Below, piece after piece: positions 63,323-64,000 of a DNA stretch of 64,000 bases. The stretch is taken from assembly GCA_965645245.1 (NCBI GenBank), contig OZ287085.1:806001-870000 (forward strand). The letters are read 5' to 3'. The number at the start of each line of letters is the position of its first letter. Positions within the stretch are counted from its first letter, which is position 1. The notes below the pieces were generated by a model that worked only from the letters and a program-made list of their open reading frames with translations, ran no database searches and was not told the origin of the DNA. This DNA comes from Massalongia carnosa (lineage: Eukaryota). The position numbers and the translations under genes were made by a program.

Positions 63323-64000
63323 AGTAAGCTTAGAGGAATCAAGTGTCTGATAGCGAAATAGTATATAAACTGTCAGGGCATAGAAGGAATAAGGGCTAAG
63401 CTAACTAAGCGGGGCTTAGTTCTACGGCTAGGCTTAGTCATATGGAAAGCAGTTGGTCTGCGTTACGCGGTTGGTATCTACTGCCGAGAGTATAGTACGA
63501 GCGATCGAGATATACGAGGATGCTCGTACGATTAGTGAGCGGATGGTACGATACAGTCAGCACAGTGTCCACGATACAGTCAGCACAGTGTCTACGATAC
63601 AGTCAGCACAGTGTCTACGATACAGTCAGCACAGTGTCCACGATGCAGTCAGCAGAGTGTTTAGCCGGCTTATCCGGTAGGAGTAATGGGCGGTCAAGAT
63701 AGTTACAGTATCAAGGGCCCAGAGGGTCAAGGGCTTCGGTCCGGGTATATAAGGAGGCTGCTCGAGGGAGATGCAATCTTCAACGATTAGTCTTCCGCTT
63801 TACCTACATACTTCTTTTAGTATATTAGTATAGCAAATCATTAGTGTCTTCACATTGTCACATATCCCTAGGCCTGGTGTCTGATAATCGCCAGGTCTGA
63901 CTCTTACAATTCTAATCGTTCTATCCTTCAAGGAGTGACGATCCGTTGACACATTTATACACCTTCTATACACTATCGTCCCGCCATGTCCGCGCAAGAA
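63323..64000 (+). mobile_element. 5' LTR (about 63323-63908), PBS and probable gag start (ATG 63986) of another Gypsy element; the left boundary is uncertain
   Basis: TATATAA at 63746; ...CTTACA|ATTCTAATCGTT mirrors the junction at 6548; 23-bp tandem repeat at 63549-63660. Confidence 0.7.

Overview
This is a eukaryotic window, most likely from a filamentous ascomycete. It is a nested transposon cluster with almost no host genes. From left to right it holds: Tad1-type LINE fragments; an unclassified repeat; a full-length chromoviral Ty3/Gypsy element (6064-13907, TSD CCTAG) with an intact Tc1-like DD38E transposon inside gag; a LINE carrying a 569-bp TRIM and a truncated LINE; a Fot1/pogo relic; two head-to-tail Helitrons (the first hosts a full Ty1/Copia element that itself hosts two pogo elements, the second carries three solo LTRs); MULE, piggyBac and impala-like DNA transposons; a second, truncated Copia; a few decayed gene fragments; one apparently intact two-exon hydrophilin-like gene missed by the ORF track (58314-58609); and the start of another Gypsy element at the right edge. 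The most unusual observations are two DDE transposons with non-canonical target sites (Tc1-like in CCTGG rather than TA; piggyBac-like in TCTAGA rather than TTAA), a TRIM with a Tf1-type self-priming signature, a codon-conserved cryptic ORF at the 5' end of both Helitrons, a Copia with TG...CT termini, and no RIP signature in closely linked repeats. All family calls come from motif recognition by eye; no searches were run.
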